Positions 1 through 8,564 of a stretch of DNA of 53,681 nucleotides are shown here, one piece after another. Origin of the DNA: an uncultured Candidatus Bathyarchaeia archaeon (GTDB taxonomy: Archaea; Thermoproteota; Bathyarchaeia; Bathyarchaeales; Bathycorpusculaceae); the NCBI GenBank assembly GCA_964540545.1, contig CAZINA010000001.1:5562-59242 (forward strand), given 5' to 3'. A program made the position numbers and the translations under genes. Below the pieces are notes generated by a model. That model searched no databases. It was not told where the DNA came from and was given only the letters and a program-made list of their open reading frames with translations. The stretch's first letter is position 1. Each line of letters opens with the position of its first letter.

Positions 1-772
1 CAGCATCCACGCCTAAAGAGTCAAGTGCTTCCGCCACTTTTAACTTAATCTTCTGGGCAGGGCTTTCGTTTTTCTTTGCGTGCTCGAGGCCATAGTAGTG
101 TATCCATCCTCCTGATGTCTTCAGCGCGGATAAAGCGCAAGGCAAGTATTCGAGGGCTTTTTCGGGCAGAGGCATCAAAACTCGGTCTGCCACGTGCTGT
201 AGTCGGTTGTTGATGATATCCTTGGAGTCGCCCAATAATGGGGTTACCTTACCGTAAACTCTGTTAAGCCTAATGTTCTCCTGCGTGAACTGAAACGCCG
301 CGGGGTTAACGTCTATGGAAAAGACTTTTTCAGGATTTGCATGCTTCGCGATTATTATGGAGAAGCAGCCTACGCCCGCGAACATGTTAACGACGGTTTC
401 TTTGGGTTCAACCATTTTTGCTATTCGCATTCTTTCGTTTGAAAGCCGGGGAGAAAAATAGCATTTGACTAAGTCAATAGCGAAAAAGCAGCCGAATTCC
501 CTGTGAACCGTGCTTGTTTTGTTTTCCCCCGCAACATGTATTAAACGGCGGAGCCTTAGGTCTCCAGCCACAGGGCTTGCTTGAAGTAGAACCGTTTTCA
601 CGTTTCTGTGGCTGCTCATTATCGCGTTTGCGGCTTTTTGCGCGTTCACCTGAGAAGTAGAGGGAAGCCTGATTATTGCTATGTCGCCTACAACGTCAAA
701 GGAGTTGTAAACTTTGGCTATTTCTTCGGAAGAAAGAACATCGGAAAGGATTTTGCGTACTCGTTTTCTCAA
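1..772 (-). CDS. trm5: tRNA (guanine37-N1)-methyltransferase Trm5/Taw22-like (Met-10+ family); C-terminal end runs off the window
   Basis: The minus-strand frame is open from the window edge up to TTG at 772, with an in-frame stop at 776-778. Hand translation gives ...NSFDVVGDIAIIRLP...VNMFAGVGCFSIIIAK...FSIDVNPAAFQF...RVLMPLP..., the SAM-binding pattern of Trm5/Met-10+ methyltransferases. It is absent from the ORF track, presumably because it is truncated by the window edge. Confidence 0.8.
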   Translation of the reverse strand, partial: MRKRVRKILSDVLSSEEIAKVYNSFDVVGDIAIIRLPSTSQVNAQKAANAIMSSHRNVKTVLLQASPVAGDLRLRRLIHVAGENKTSTVHREFGCFFAIDLVKCYFSPRLSNERMRIAKMVEPKETVVNMFAGVGCFSIIIAKHANPEKVFSIDVNPAAFQFTQENIRLNRVYGKVTPLLGDSKDIINNRLQHVADRVLMPLPEKALEYLPCALSALKTSGGWIHYYGLEHAKKNESPAQKIKLKVAEALDSLGVDA

Positions 773-852
773 GCTTCAACCTTCGCTAATGTAAAGAGCA
801 CCGGAAACATTTAAAAGCAAAATACTTTTCCTTTGTAGGAAGGGTAAAGTCG

Positions 853-1014
853 TTGGAACAAACAGGAATTGTTTATGAATGTATAAGATGTGGCGCGAGA
901 GTCCCATCTGAAGAGTTGGATCTCCGAGGCGGAGAAATAAAATGCATAATCTGCGGTTACAGAATTCTGAAAAAGGTAAAACCGCCCGTAGTTAAACGTG
1001 TAAAAGCCAAATGA
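853..1014 (+). CDS. rpoP: DNA-directed RNA polymerase subunit P (Rpo12)
   Basis: 53-codon ORF, shorter than any entry in the track. It starts at TTG 853 and stops at TGA 1012-1014. Translation: LEQTGIVYECIRCGARVPSEELDLRGGEIKCIICGYRILKKVKPPVVKRVKAK. The CxxC...CxxC zinc ribbon plus basic tail is typical of archaeal RpoP. Confidence 0.85.
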   Translation: MEQTGIVYECIRCGARVPSEELDLRGGEIKCIICGYRILKKVKPPVVKRVKAK

Positions 1015-1075
1015 GTAGAGGTTGAATTAACCTCACGAATCCAAGCTAATCAGCTCTTTTCGCTTCAGTAGTTCT

Positions 1076-1363
1076 TTAGAAGAGTTCTCTATCCCCAATC
1101 TTGCGCAATGCTTTTCCTCGAAGCTTGATCGATTTGCCGATTACTTCTTCAGGAGTCCTTTCAACAGTTTTTCGTTTGACGGTTTCTCCACAGATGCCCC
1201 CCGGTAGCATACGCCTCTTAACGCAGAGGGCGTAGGTACAGTTCGCAACGTTACAGGCATCATCAGTCCATCTGCACCATACAACGTCGCGGCGGGAGAA
1301 AGCGGAGTTCTTAACGCATTTAAAGAATTGACAGGTGGGAGAACAGTTTTTTGCTTGAGCCAA
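1076..1363 (-). CDS. hypothetical cysteine-rich protein (8 Cys, basic C-terminal tail)
   Basis: 95-aa ORF, co-directional with and downstream of the surface-protein gene. It has eight Cys (C7, C11, C16, C30, C37, C42, C47, C58) followed by the basic tail KRKTVERTPEEVIGKSIKLRGKALRK. I do not recognise the family. Confidence 0.55.
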   Translation of the reverse strand: MAQAKNCSPTCQFFKCVKNSAFSRRDVVWCRWTDDACNVANCTYALCVKRRMLPGGICGETVKRKTVERTPEEVIGKSIKLRGKALRKIGDRELF

Positions 1364-1476
1364 TAGACATACCTCTATTGTTAATTAATAAAATCTAATG
1401 TTGCGATGCATTCCCAGAAGGGTATAGCTCGTGGAACCAATATAAATTTTCTTATTTCAAACTCCTTATTACACAT

Positions 1477-3618
1477 TTAACTTTCACTGTCAGCAGTTTT
1501 AGCTCGTTTCCTTCTGTAAACTTCAATGGAGACAAACAAGAGTATCGCCAGCAGAATCACTATGAAAGTTGCCAGTGCAGTGCTCTCAATTAAAAACGGC
1601 CCTAGGAGAATGTACTTAGCCAGTTTAATCTCTACTTCTTTTGACCCCTCAACATAGGTGCTAAATGCTTCATAAGAGCTTTCTGCACCTTCAGGATAGG
1701 CAATTATCTGCATGTCCCCGCCGATCACATTACTGAAGGTTGCTGCCCCGTTAGCCTGCGTTGCGGATGACCACGGATCTACACCTGCCCTATGAAGCAC
1801 TACGTTCATGCCAGGGATTGGCTGATTGAAGTAATCAACAACCGTCACTGACACCTCAATGTTGTAAAGACAACAGCAAATTTCACGTTGCGCGTCGCTG
1901 AAAACCTCAATAGTAGTTGAATTCAACAAAATTTCATCTTTGTACACACGTAGTCTGTACTTTCCAAAAGTAACTTCCACAGCAACCGTTCCCGCAGTGT
2001 CAGTTACGGCGCCGTTGAACAAGCCGTTTGTAACTTCGACCAATTCTATGCGCGCGTTGGGAATCTCTTCTGCGTTGTAATCGGTTATTTCAAGAGTTAG
2101 AGTTTTACTAGGACACACTATTACCACTGTGGAAACTGGCTGCGCTGGAACATTGGTAACTGTTTTGTTATCAGCGTTGAAGACTATGTCGTAAAGAGAA
2201 GCGTTGATTGTGTAACTTATTCCGGGTAGAACAGAGTTCAGAATGAAAGATCCTGAAAGATCTGTTTCGCCCGAGGCGGAGCCAGTTTTCGAGGAGCTTG
2301 TTTCTGTTGTAACATATTGATATGTGATGTCTAGGGTAACGAAAGGCATTAAATTTCCGTTTTCGTTTTGGACAATTATTTCAAGATTAGTCAACTCGCA
2401 CGTTAAATCAAAAGAGGTGGAGCCAGTTATCGAAACATTCAATTCCCCGACCTTTACGTCATTCCAGAACGCTGTGATGAGGTGATTGCCCTTCTCAAGT
2501 TTCAAACTTGCTACTCCTAAGTAGTCGCTTGTACCTTCGTATGTTTCATCGGTAGTTTGGTCAACGGCTTCAACAACTATGTCCGACACAACTTCACCCG
2601 CCAAATTGAACGTGTTGACCTTGACAGTATATCCTGGAACAGTGAAAATCTGAGAGTCAGGTATGAGTTTTTCCGTAGTGTCTGCTTCTATGGTTATGTT
2701 GTACTCACCGATTCGCGTGTCAGATGGAACCGTCCAAGAAAATTCAAAGATGCCTTCGCTTGAGGCAGTCACCGTTTCGGAGTGTACGATTGCGCCAGTC
2801 GAGTATTCAATTGATACTGTTGCGTTTTCGTCAGCTTGATAGCCTATGGCATGTGTTGTCAAGGTTTGGTCCCTGTGATACTGGCTTGAATCAGTGAAAC
2901 CCACGAAAAACTCGTTTTCTGCCAACGAGCCAGTTTCATTAAAATACACTTTGTATGTGCCTGTGTAGTTAGTAAGTGAGCCTTCAGGTTCGAAAGAGGA
3001 AGACGGATACGTGACAAACGCAGTTGCAACTGTTTCGTCGCTTGAGGCGACAAGTTCAACTGTTCTGGAATAAACTGTGCTAAGAGGCTCGGGAAGTTCA
3101 ACCGTAACGTTCGCGTAGTTCGTGGTGCTTGGTTGCACACCAGCTATTGTTACATTCAAAACAACATCGTCGCCTTCTTGCAACTGCTCGGGCGACGAAG
3201 GCACGACTGCTGCAATGGAGTAAGACAGGGTTAGAGCGAAGTCATAGGTGTCGTTCTCGTTTGTGGTGACATCTCTCAGCGTTATTACATGGTCTCCTTC
3301 TGAAAGTGCAGGTATTATGAAATTCGCGTTTACGTAGTATCCGTCAGAATAGCTTGTTAGAACAAGTTCTTCGTCAAACCAAATTTGATACCTGCCATTT
3401 GTGGTGTCTATGGTACCTTGAAGGTTAACAGTTTCACCTGCAACACCCTCTTCCTCAGGGCTCACTAATAATATGCCCACGCCAAGTTGCCCTGTAACTA
3501 TAGATAGCGGCATGAATAGAAATGAAACACCTATCAGTATTAGGAGAGTGACTGTGACAGCTTTTTCCTTCAAACGAGACTTCTCCTGTATTTCAGCAGT
3601 TTCATTGTACCAGAACAT
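1477..3618 (-). CDS. cell-surface glycoprotein with repeated beta-sandwich (carboxypeptidase-regulatory-like) modules and a C-terminal membrane anchor
   Basis: 713 aa. It has an N-terminal hydrophobic segment (AVTVTLLILIGVSFLFMPLSIV) and a T/S/V/N-rich body with at least 11 N-x-S/T sequons. The C-terminus is GPFLIESTALATFIVILLAILLFVSIEVY followed by RRKRAK. Confidence 0.75.
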   Translation of the reverse strand: MFWYNETAEIQEKSRLKEKAVTVTLLILIGVSFLFMPLSIVTGQLGVGILLVSPEEEGVAGETVNLQGTIDTTNGRYQIWFDEELVLTSYSDGYYVNANFIIPALSEGDHVITLRDVTTNENDTYDFALTLSYSIAAVVPSSPEQLQEGDDVVLNVTIAGVQPSTTNYANVTVELPEPLSTVYSRTVELVASSDETVATAFVTYPSSSFEPEGSLTNYTGTYKVYFNETGSLAENEFFVGFTDSSQYHRDQTLTTHAIGYQADENATVSIEYSTGAIVHSETVTASSEGIFEFSWTVPSDTRIGEYNITIEADTTEKLIPDSQIFTVPGYTVKVNTFNLAGEVVSDIVVEAVDQTTDETYEGTSDYLGVASLKLEKGNHLITAFWNDVKVGELNVSITGSTSFDLTCELTNLEIIVQNENGNLMPFVTLDITYQYVTTETSSSKTGSASGETDLSGSFILNSVLPGISYTINASLYDIVFNADNKTVTNVPAQPVSTVVIVCPSKTLTLEITDYNAEEIPNARIELVEVTNGLFNGAVTDTAGTVAVEVTFGKYRLRVYKDEILLNSTTIEVFSDAQREICCCLYNIEVSVTVVDYFNQPIPGMNVVLHRAGVDPWSSATQANGAATFSNVIGGDMQIIAYPEGAESSYEAFSTYVEGSKEVEIKLAKYILLGPFLIESTALATFIVILLAILLFVSIEVYRRKRAKTADSES

Positions 3619-3724
3619 TTTAAACTTTGCCTTACCCCACCCTTGTTTTTAGCGAGAGCGTTTAATAAAACGGCTTCTAATAGTTTTATTCCAAAACAAA
3701 AGCCACAGGGACCTGTGAAATATC

Positions 3725-4687
3725 TTGGAACACTCTATTCCACCTGCTCTATTACAAGTCTTAAAGAAGCACAGGTATCATCTTGTCGGCGGGCATGCAG
3801 CAGTTAAAAGGTGCAAGTGGCTTTACGAATCTTTAATTCACGATAGGTCATGCTACAAGCAGAAGTTTTACGGGATAAAATCGCACCAGTGTATCCAAAT
3901 GTCGCCCTCGCTTTTTTACTGCACACAGCAGTGCCTGTTTTGTTGGAGAGCGCAAAGCGGCGACTTGCAAATTAAATGGGATGAAATGGAACTTCCAAAT
4001 TGGGATTCCGCTGAAGAAATTGTGCAAGAAAGCTTGAAGGCGCAAGCCAAGATTTTGAGCGGGTATAATGGGCATCCGAAAACAAACTGGAAGAAGTTTA
4101 CAGAAGCCTTAACGCCTAGACATGTTGCCATAAGTTTGGCGGGTGAACCAACGCTTTACGGGCATCTGGGAGAATTGATTCGGGTGTTTCACCGGAAAGG
4201 TTTTACGACGTTTCTCGTGTCTAACGGTACGATGCCGTCTAAACTTGCGGAATTAAGCGAAGAGCCAACACAGCTTTACATCTCGGTTTGCGCTCCAAAC
4301 GAAGATGTATTCAAACGCGTTTGTCGTCCCCAAGTTCCCAACGCTTGGGCGAAGTTGAATGAGACTCTTAGTCTACTACCGAGTTTCCGATGCCCCACCG
4401 TGACCCGCATGACGCTGGTGAAAGGATATAACATGGAAATTGTGGATGGCTACGCGGAATTTGTTGAGAGAGCTGAGCCCACGTACATTGAAGCTAAGGC
4501 TTACATGCATGTTGGGTTTTCAGGGCTCCGTTTAGATTATAGTAACATGCCCTCACACAAGGAGGTTTACGATTTTGCGGGTCGCTTAGCAGAGAGGACA
4601 GAATACATGATTATCAATGAAGCAGCCGAAAGCAGGGTTGTATTATTAAGCAAACGCAGAAAGCCTATACGTTTTGAGACCTCCTGA
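3725..4687 (+). CDS. taw1: 4-demethylwyosine synthase Taw1 (TYW1-type radical SAM enzyme)
   Basis: 320 aa with a TTG start. N-terminal region: KKHRYHLVGGHAAVKRCKWLYESL...CYKQKFYGIKSHQCIQMSP. The radical SAM cluster motif CTQQCLFC and GEPTLY follow, matching archaeal Taw1 organisation. Confidence 0.85.
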   Translation: MEHSIPPALLQVLKKHRYHLVGGHAAVKRCKWLYESLIHDRSCYKQKFYGIKSHQCIQMSPSLFYCTQQCLFCWRAQSGDLQIKWDEMELPNWDSAEEIVQESLKAQAKILSGYNGHPKTNWKKFTEALTPRHVAISLAGEPTLYGHLGELIRVFHRKGFTTFLVSNGTMPSKLAELSEEPTQLYISVCAPNEDVFKRVCRPQVPNAWAKLNETLSLLPSFRCPTVTRMTLVKGYNMEIVDGYAEFVERAEPTYIEAKAYMHVGFSGLRLDYSNMPSHKEVYDFAGRLAERTEYMIINEAAESRVVLLSKRRKPIRFETS

Positions 4688-4838
4688 GGAATAGAAAATC
4701 AAATGCAAACAATTCAATTTTCAGTTCTATCGATAGTTTTTAATAAGCGTGTCATGGTAACTGTGAAAGATAACCTTAAATAGGTTTTCAGACGACCCTA
4801 TCCTTGCACTTGTGATTCAATTAAACGGGTGGTGAACT

Positions 4839-5033
4839 ATGGTTAGTGAAGGAAGAGGGAGACTGTTCAGGAGAAAGGACGGTAAATACCTGATTTACTT
4901 GCCAAAAGACCTAGCAGAGGACAGCATGTTCCCGTTCAAGGGAGCAGATTCCATATTTGTCAAAGTAAGCTTCAAGCTAAAAGACGACAAACTGCTGATT
5001 GAGACATGGGTAGAGCCTGAACCTGAAGAGTAG
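4839..5033 (+). CDS. small hypothetical protein (possibly AbrB/SpoVT-like fold)
   Basis: 64-aa ORF preceded by the SD-like GGGTGGTGA 4 nt upstream of the ATG. The GKYLIYLPKDLAED segment resembles swapped-hairpin DNA-binding proteins. The fold assignment is tentative. Confidence 0.5.
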   Translation: MVSEGRGRLFRRKDGKYLIYLPKDLAEDSMFPFKGADSIFVKVSFKLKDDKLLIETWVEPEPEE

Positions 5034-5121
5034 AACAAACAGAGAGGGAATTCTCCTTAACATCCACTTTTTTAGTAGTGATTTAATAATTAGTGTGTTT
5101 TAAAGTTAGAATGGTGAAAAC

Positions 5122-5775
5122 TTGCCAACTTTGAAGGCTATTTTGAAAGAAGTGAAAAGAGAGCTAACGCAAAAAGACAGCGTCCGAGAAAACGCGCAGC
5201 AAAACATGAGAAAAGCAACAAGCCTGTCCAAGCAGTCAATACTCCTCATGCACCAAAAAAAGTATGCGAAAGCCAGAGAAACAATTGAAACCGCGGAAGA
5301 AATCATTTCCAAACTTCAAGGTTCAGCAAAGGAAAACCCAGACATCATCCATAGTGGCATGTTCAGCGCTACGCTTCAAGAATACGCTGAAGCAAACATT
5401 TACCAAGGGTTAATACGGGAAGAGCGTTTTGTCACGCCTGACGAAATTAATGTTCCTGCGATAGATTACGTGTTGGGTTTAGCTGATGTCATAGGCGAGT
5501 ACCGTCGACTCGTGTTGGATGTATTACGTGATGGAGACGTTGAAAAAGGTGAAGCATGCTTGCAAACGATGGATGAGATCTACATTGAGTTAATGGCGAT
5601 GGATGAAGCGTACATGCTTGTTCCAGGGCTTAGAAGAAAATGTGACGTAGCACGGCGAATAATTGAAACCACTCGGGGAGACATCACTCAGGAAGTGCGG
5701 AGAAAATCGCTGGAGAACTATATGAAACAGTTTGAAAAAGCACAGAGAAAAACGCGGCAGCCTCGAAAGGGTTAA
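5122..5775 (+). CDS. translin-family protein (archaeal COG2178-type)
   Basis: 217 aa, helical. EYAEANIYQGLIREERFVTPDEINVPAIDYVLGLADVIGEYRRLVLDVLR matches the conserved translin/TRAX core as I recall it. Confidence 0.7.
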   Translation: MPTLKAILKEVKRELTQKDSVRENAQQNMRKATSLSKQSILLMHQKKYAKARETIETAEEIISKLQGSAKENPDIIHSGMFSATLQEYAEANIYQGLIREERFVTPDEINVPAIDYVLGLADVIGEYRRLVLDVLRDGDVEKGEACLQTMDEIYIELMAMDEAYMLVPGLRRKCDVARRIIETTRGDITQEVRRKSLENYMKQFEKAQRKTRQPRKG

Positions 5776-5778
5776 CTG

Positions 5779-6459
5779 ATGCAACCCCCTTTTACTGCGG
5801 TACACAAATTTTCTGTTTCAAAAGCCCATAAAACACAATTACGCTTATCCCAAAAGATTGTTACTAAAGACCGCTTACCAAAAAAAGTCAAGCGCGTCGC
5901 TGGTGTTGACGTCGCATACATAGATGACCTAGCAATTGGCGCGGTGGCGGTTTTAGACTATAACTCACTTGAACTTTTAGAGCGGCAAACGGCAAAGTGC
6001 CAAGCCAAGTTTCCGTACATTCCAACCTTGCTGTCCTTCAGGGAGATTCCGCCCGCAGTTGCCTGCATAAAAAAGCTGAGGCTGCAACCTGATGTGTTGC
6101 TTGTTGATGGGCAAGGAGCCGCGCATCCGTATGGATGCGGTTTCGCCAGCCATCTTGGACTCGTGATGGAAAAACCCACGGTTGGAGTGGCAAAAAGCAG
6201 GCTGGTCGGCGAGTCCAAGACGGTTGCAGGGCAAGAGCTTTTGGTTCAAAAAGACCAAATCATAGGTGTGGTGGTTACGACGAAAGAGGGAGTGAAACCA
6301 GTTTACGTCAGCGTTGGTCACTTAATATCGCTTGGAACAGCCGTAAAAATCGCAAAACATTGCGTGCGCAACAGCAAAATTCCTGAACCGATTTTGCAAG
6401 CACACAAGATAGCGTCTGAGGAAAAACGGAAAGTTCAGGAGAAATGCAAAACTTTATAA
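5779..6459 (+). CDS. nfi: endonuclease V
   Basis: 226 aa. It contains VAGVDVAY, PYIPTLLSFREIPP, LLVDGQGAAHPYGCGFASHLGL and PTVGVAKSRL, the canonical EndoV catalytic motifs. Confidence 0.85.
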   Translation: MQPPFTAVHKFSVSKAHKTQLRLSQKIVTKDRLPKKVKRVAGVDVAYIDDLAIGAVAVLDYNSLELLERQTAKCQAKFPYIPTLLSFREIPPAVACIKKLRLQPDVLLVDGQGAAHPYGCGFASHLGLVMEKPTVGVAKSRLVGESKTVAGQELLVQKDQIIGVVVTTKEGVKPVYVSVGHLISLGTAVKIAKHCVRNSKIPEPILQAHKIASEEKRKVQEKCKTL

Positions 6460-6497
6460 TTTTATCACGTGTAAAAACGGCGAGTGTGTGTAGGAAA

Positions 6498-6824
6498 ATG
6501 GAAATCTCGTTTGAAGAGTTTCAAAAACTGGATTTGCGCATAGGTAAAATCACGGAGGCAAACCAGATTCCGGGTTCGAGGAACCTCATAAGGCTCATGG
6601 TTGATTTTGGAACAGAGAAAAGGCAGGCTGTAGCGGGGCTTCTGCAGTGGTACCAGCCACAAGACTTAGTTGGAAAAAAATGTTTGTTCATCCTTAACCT
6701 TCAAAAACGCAAGGTTATGGGTGTGGAGTCGCAGTGCATGATATTAGCGGCTGAAGACGACGAAGGCACCGTTACGGTGCTGCAACCAGAAAAAGACGTT
6801 GCCGAAGGAAGCAAGATATTATAG
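6498..6824 (+). CDS. tRNA-binding domain protein (Trbp111/CsaA-like OB fold)
   Basis: MEISFEEFQKLDLRIGKI...ANQIPGSRNLIRLMVDFG...RQAVAGL...LVGKKCLFILNLQKRKVMGVESQCMILAA is the typical Trbp111/MetRS C-terminal domain. I prefer ATG 6498 to the track start at 6444, which overlaps nfi. Confidence 0.8.
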   Translation: MEISFEEFQKLDLRIGKITEANQIPGSRNLIRLMVDFGTEKRQAVAGLLQWYQPQDLVGKKCLFILNLQKRKVMGVESQCMILAAEDDEGTVTVLQPEKDVAEGSKIL

Positions 6825-6957
6825 GAAAAAACCCATATCACTATTTTCAGCAGTAACTCGAATGATTCTTTTTTAAAAAAAACCAGAGCTTTGCTGTCAA
6901 TCAATCGTTTTGTGGGTCTGTGAGATGTTTCTTTGTTTTGTTCATTCGTGATTCTAT

Positions 6958-7326
6958 TTAGAAATAGGCTGATAAGTCACCCTTTGTCTTTGGAACATTG
7001 GAGTGTGATGTTTCCTTGTTCAGACATTGGGGGCAAACGCATTCAAAAGGAAGGTTTTTTGTGGTGCACGAATCGGCATACTTGCAATTTGAGCATGAAA
7101 AAGCTTTTGAACATATTATGCAACTTTGGAGAAAAACGATTTCATCTGTATTTAGGATGTTAGCTAGTGCATCGATTAGTTTTCCAATATTGTTGTAGTT
7201 GTTTATGAAGTAGCAGCCTTGGTTGCGGTTATACCCTAGACCAAGTTTTAGCAAATTGATGAATTCGCCTCTTTCAACCCGAGGAAGTTTAAAAGAATGC
7301 TTGTTGAGAATTACCATTTTCGCCAA
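6958..7326 (-). CDS. hypothetical Cys-rich (zinc-binding?) protein with a C-terminal PIP-box-like motif, co-directional with rfcS-rfcL
   Basis: 122 aa. Its start lies 5 nt downstream of the rfcL stop. Cys cluster: CIICSKAFSCSNCKYADSC...CVCPQC. The extreme C-terminus is KGDLSAYF. Confidence 0.55.
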   Translation of the reverse strand: MAKMVILNKHSFKLPRVERGEFINLLKLGLGYNRNQGCYFINNYNNIGKLIDALANILNTDEIVFLQSCIICSKAFSCSNCKYADSCTTKNLPFECVCPQCLNKETSHSNVPKTKGDLSAYF

Positions 7327-7331
7327 GTCCG

Positions 7332-8564
7332 TTATAGCTTTTTCATGTTTGTGAGATGTTCTACCTCATCAGACTCCAGTTTGAGCCAATTGATGATAGG
7401 GGTTGACTTTTCTTTCTCAAGGAGGATCTTGATGAATGGAATCATGTCATTCTTAGCTGTTGTACGTGAAATGTGGCATTTTAGAGCTATTTTTGCGCAA
7501 ATAGATTCTAATTTGGCTCTCTTGGGTTTTGTCCAAAAAAGCGTCATTATCCTCATCGGAGGGAATATGAATTTGAAAGGCCTAAACGATTTTGGGGAAA
7601 CAGTCACCGCTTCAGCCAAAAGATTGAAAAAATACTTCAGTAATCGCCAGTTTTCTGTTCCCACCCTTCCTCTGAAAACATCCGCCCTTGAAACTATATC
7701 ATACGCAACAGCCAATTCTATGGGGTCAGTGTATCTAAAAGGGAGATTGTCACTGACTGAAAGCAGAAATTCATCGTAATCGACGTTTGATTGATTTATC
7801 AAGGTTGCTGCCTCTCCAACAGACTCAGCTGAAAACACTCCCCTGAGCACATCGTACATGCCGACAGCTTTGTTTCTGGATTTCAGAAGAATTGTGTCCT
7901 GCACTCTGAGCATTGCTTTTCCTGCAGTGGCACTCTGTAAATCATTTATCGCAGATCGCATATCTCCGCGACTATTACAAGCAATTCTCTCAAGCGCTTC
8001 AAATTCAGCTTCAATATTTTCCTTGAGACAAATCTTTCGCAACATAGTAATTATCAGAGGGATTCGCACAGGATGAAATCTTATTAAGAGGCAAACTCTT
8101 TTCAGAGGTCTAAGTTTTTTCAGGTCTGTGTCGTTAGCAGCCATTACAACTGGGACGAGGGATTCTTTCACAATCTTCACGATAGCACCTATGCCGCCCC
8201 TGTCCTGTTGACCAAAAACACCATCAACCTCATCCAAAAAAAGGATGTTACCTTTGGTTTCTGTTGAGAATCTGTCTAGAGAAACGTAGGACGTAGCAGG
8301 TTTTCCCACTTTGTTAATCGCTTTTTCGGTTCTTGTGTCACTTGCATTCATTTCAATAATTGTGAAGCCGAACTGATTCGAGGCGGCATTCACCAAAGCA
8401 GTTTTACCTACTCCTGCGGGTCCATAAAGCAAAACGGCTTTCTTTTTTCGTTTTTTACCTTTCTCCAGCCAATTGATAAAAGTAGTTTTTGCCTCTTCAT
8501 TACCGACAATTTCTGACACGGATTTTGGGCGGTACTTCTCAACCCATAAACGGTCATCCGTCAA
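7332..8564 (-). CDS. rfcL: replication factor C large subunit
   Basis: 410 aa. It contains WVEKYRPKSVSEIVGNEE, the Walker A GPAGVGKT, the Walker B ILFLDEVD and the AAA+ clamp-loader layout. It overlaps the rfcS stop by 11 nt. Confidence 0.85.
   Translation of the reverse strand: MTDDRLWVEKYRPKSVSEIVGNEEAKTTFINWLEKGKKRKKKAVLLYGPAGVGKTALVNAASNQFGFTIIEMNASDTRTEKAINKVGKPATSYVSLDRFSTETKGNILFLDEVDGVFGQQDRGGIGAIVKIVKESLVPVVMAANDTDLKKLRPLKRVCLLIRFHPVRIPLIITMLRKICLKENIEAEFEALERIACNSRGDMRSAINDLQSATAGKAMLRVQDTILLKSRNKAVGMYDVLRGVFSAESVGEAATLINQSNVDYDEFLLSVSDNLPFRYTDPIELAVAYDIVSRADVFRGRVGTENWRLLKYFFNLLAEAVTVSPKSFRPFKFIFPPMRIMTLFWTKPKRAKLESICAKIALKCHISRTTAKNDMIPFIKILLEKEKSTPIINWLKLESDEVEHLTNMKKL

Noticed and set aside
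608-814. 68-aa plus-strand ORF
   Set aside because: It lies antisense to the clear Trm5-like coding frame, and its composition is not protein-like.
7297-7779. 160-aa plus-strand ORF
   Set aside because: It is entirely antisense to the RFC large subunit gene. It is S/F/L-rich, as is typical of shadow ORFs.
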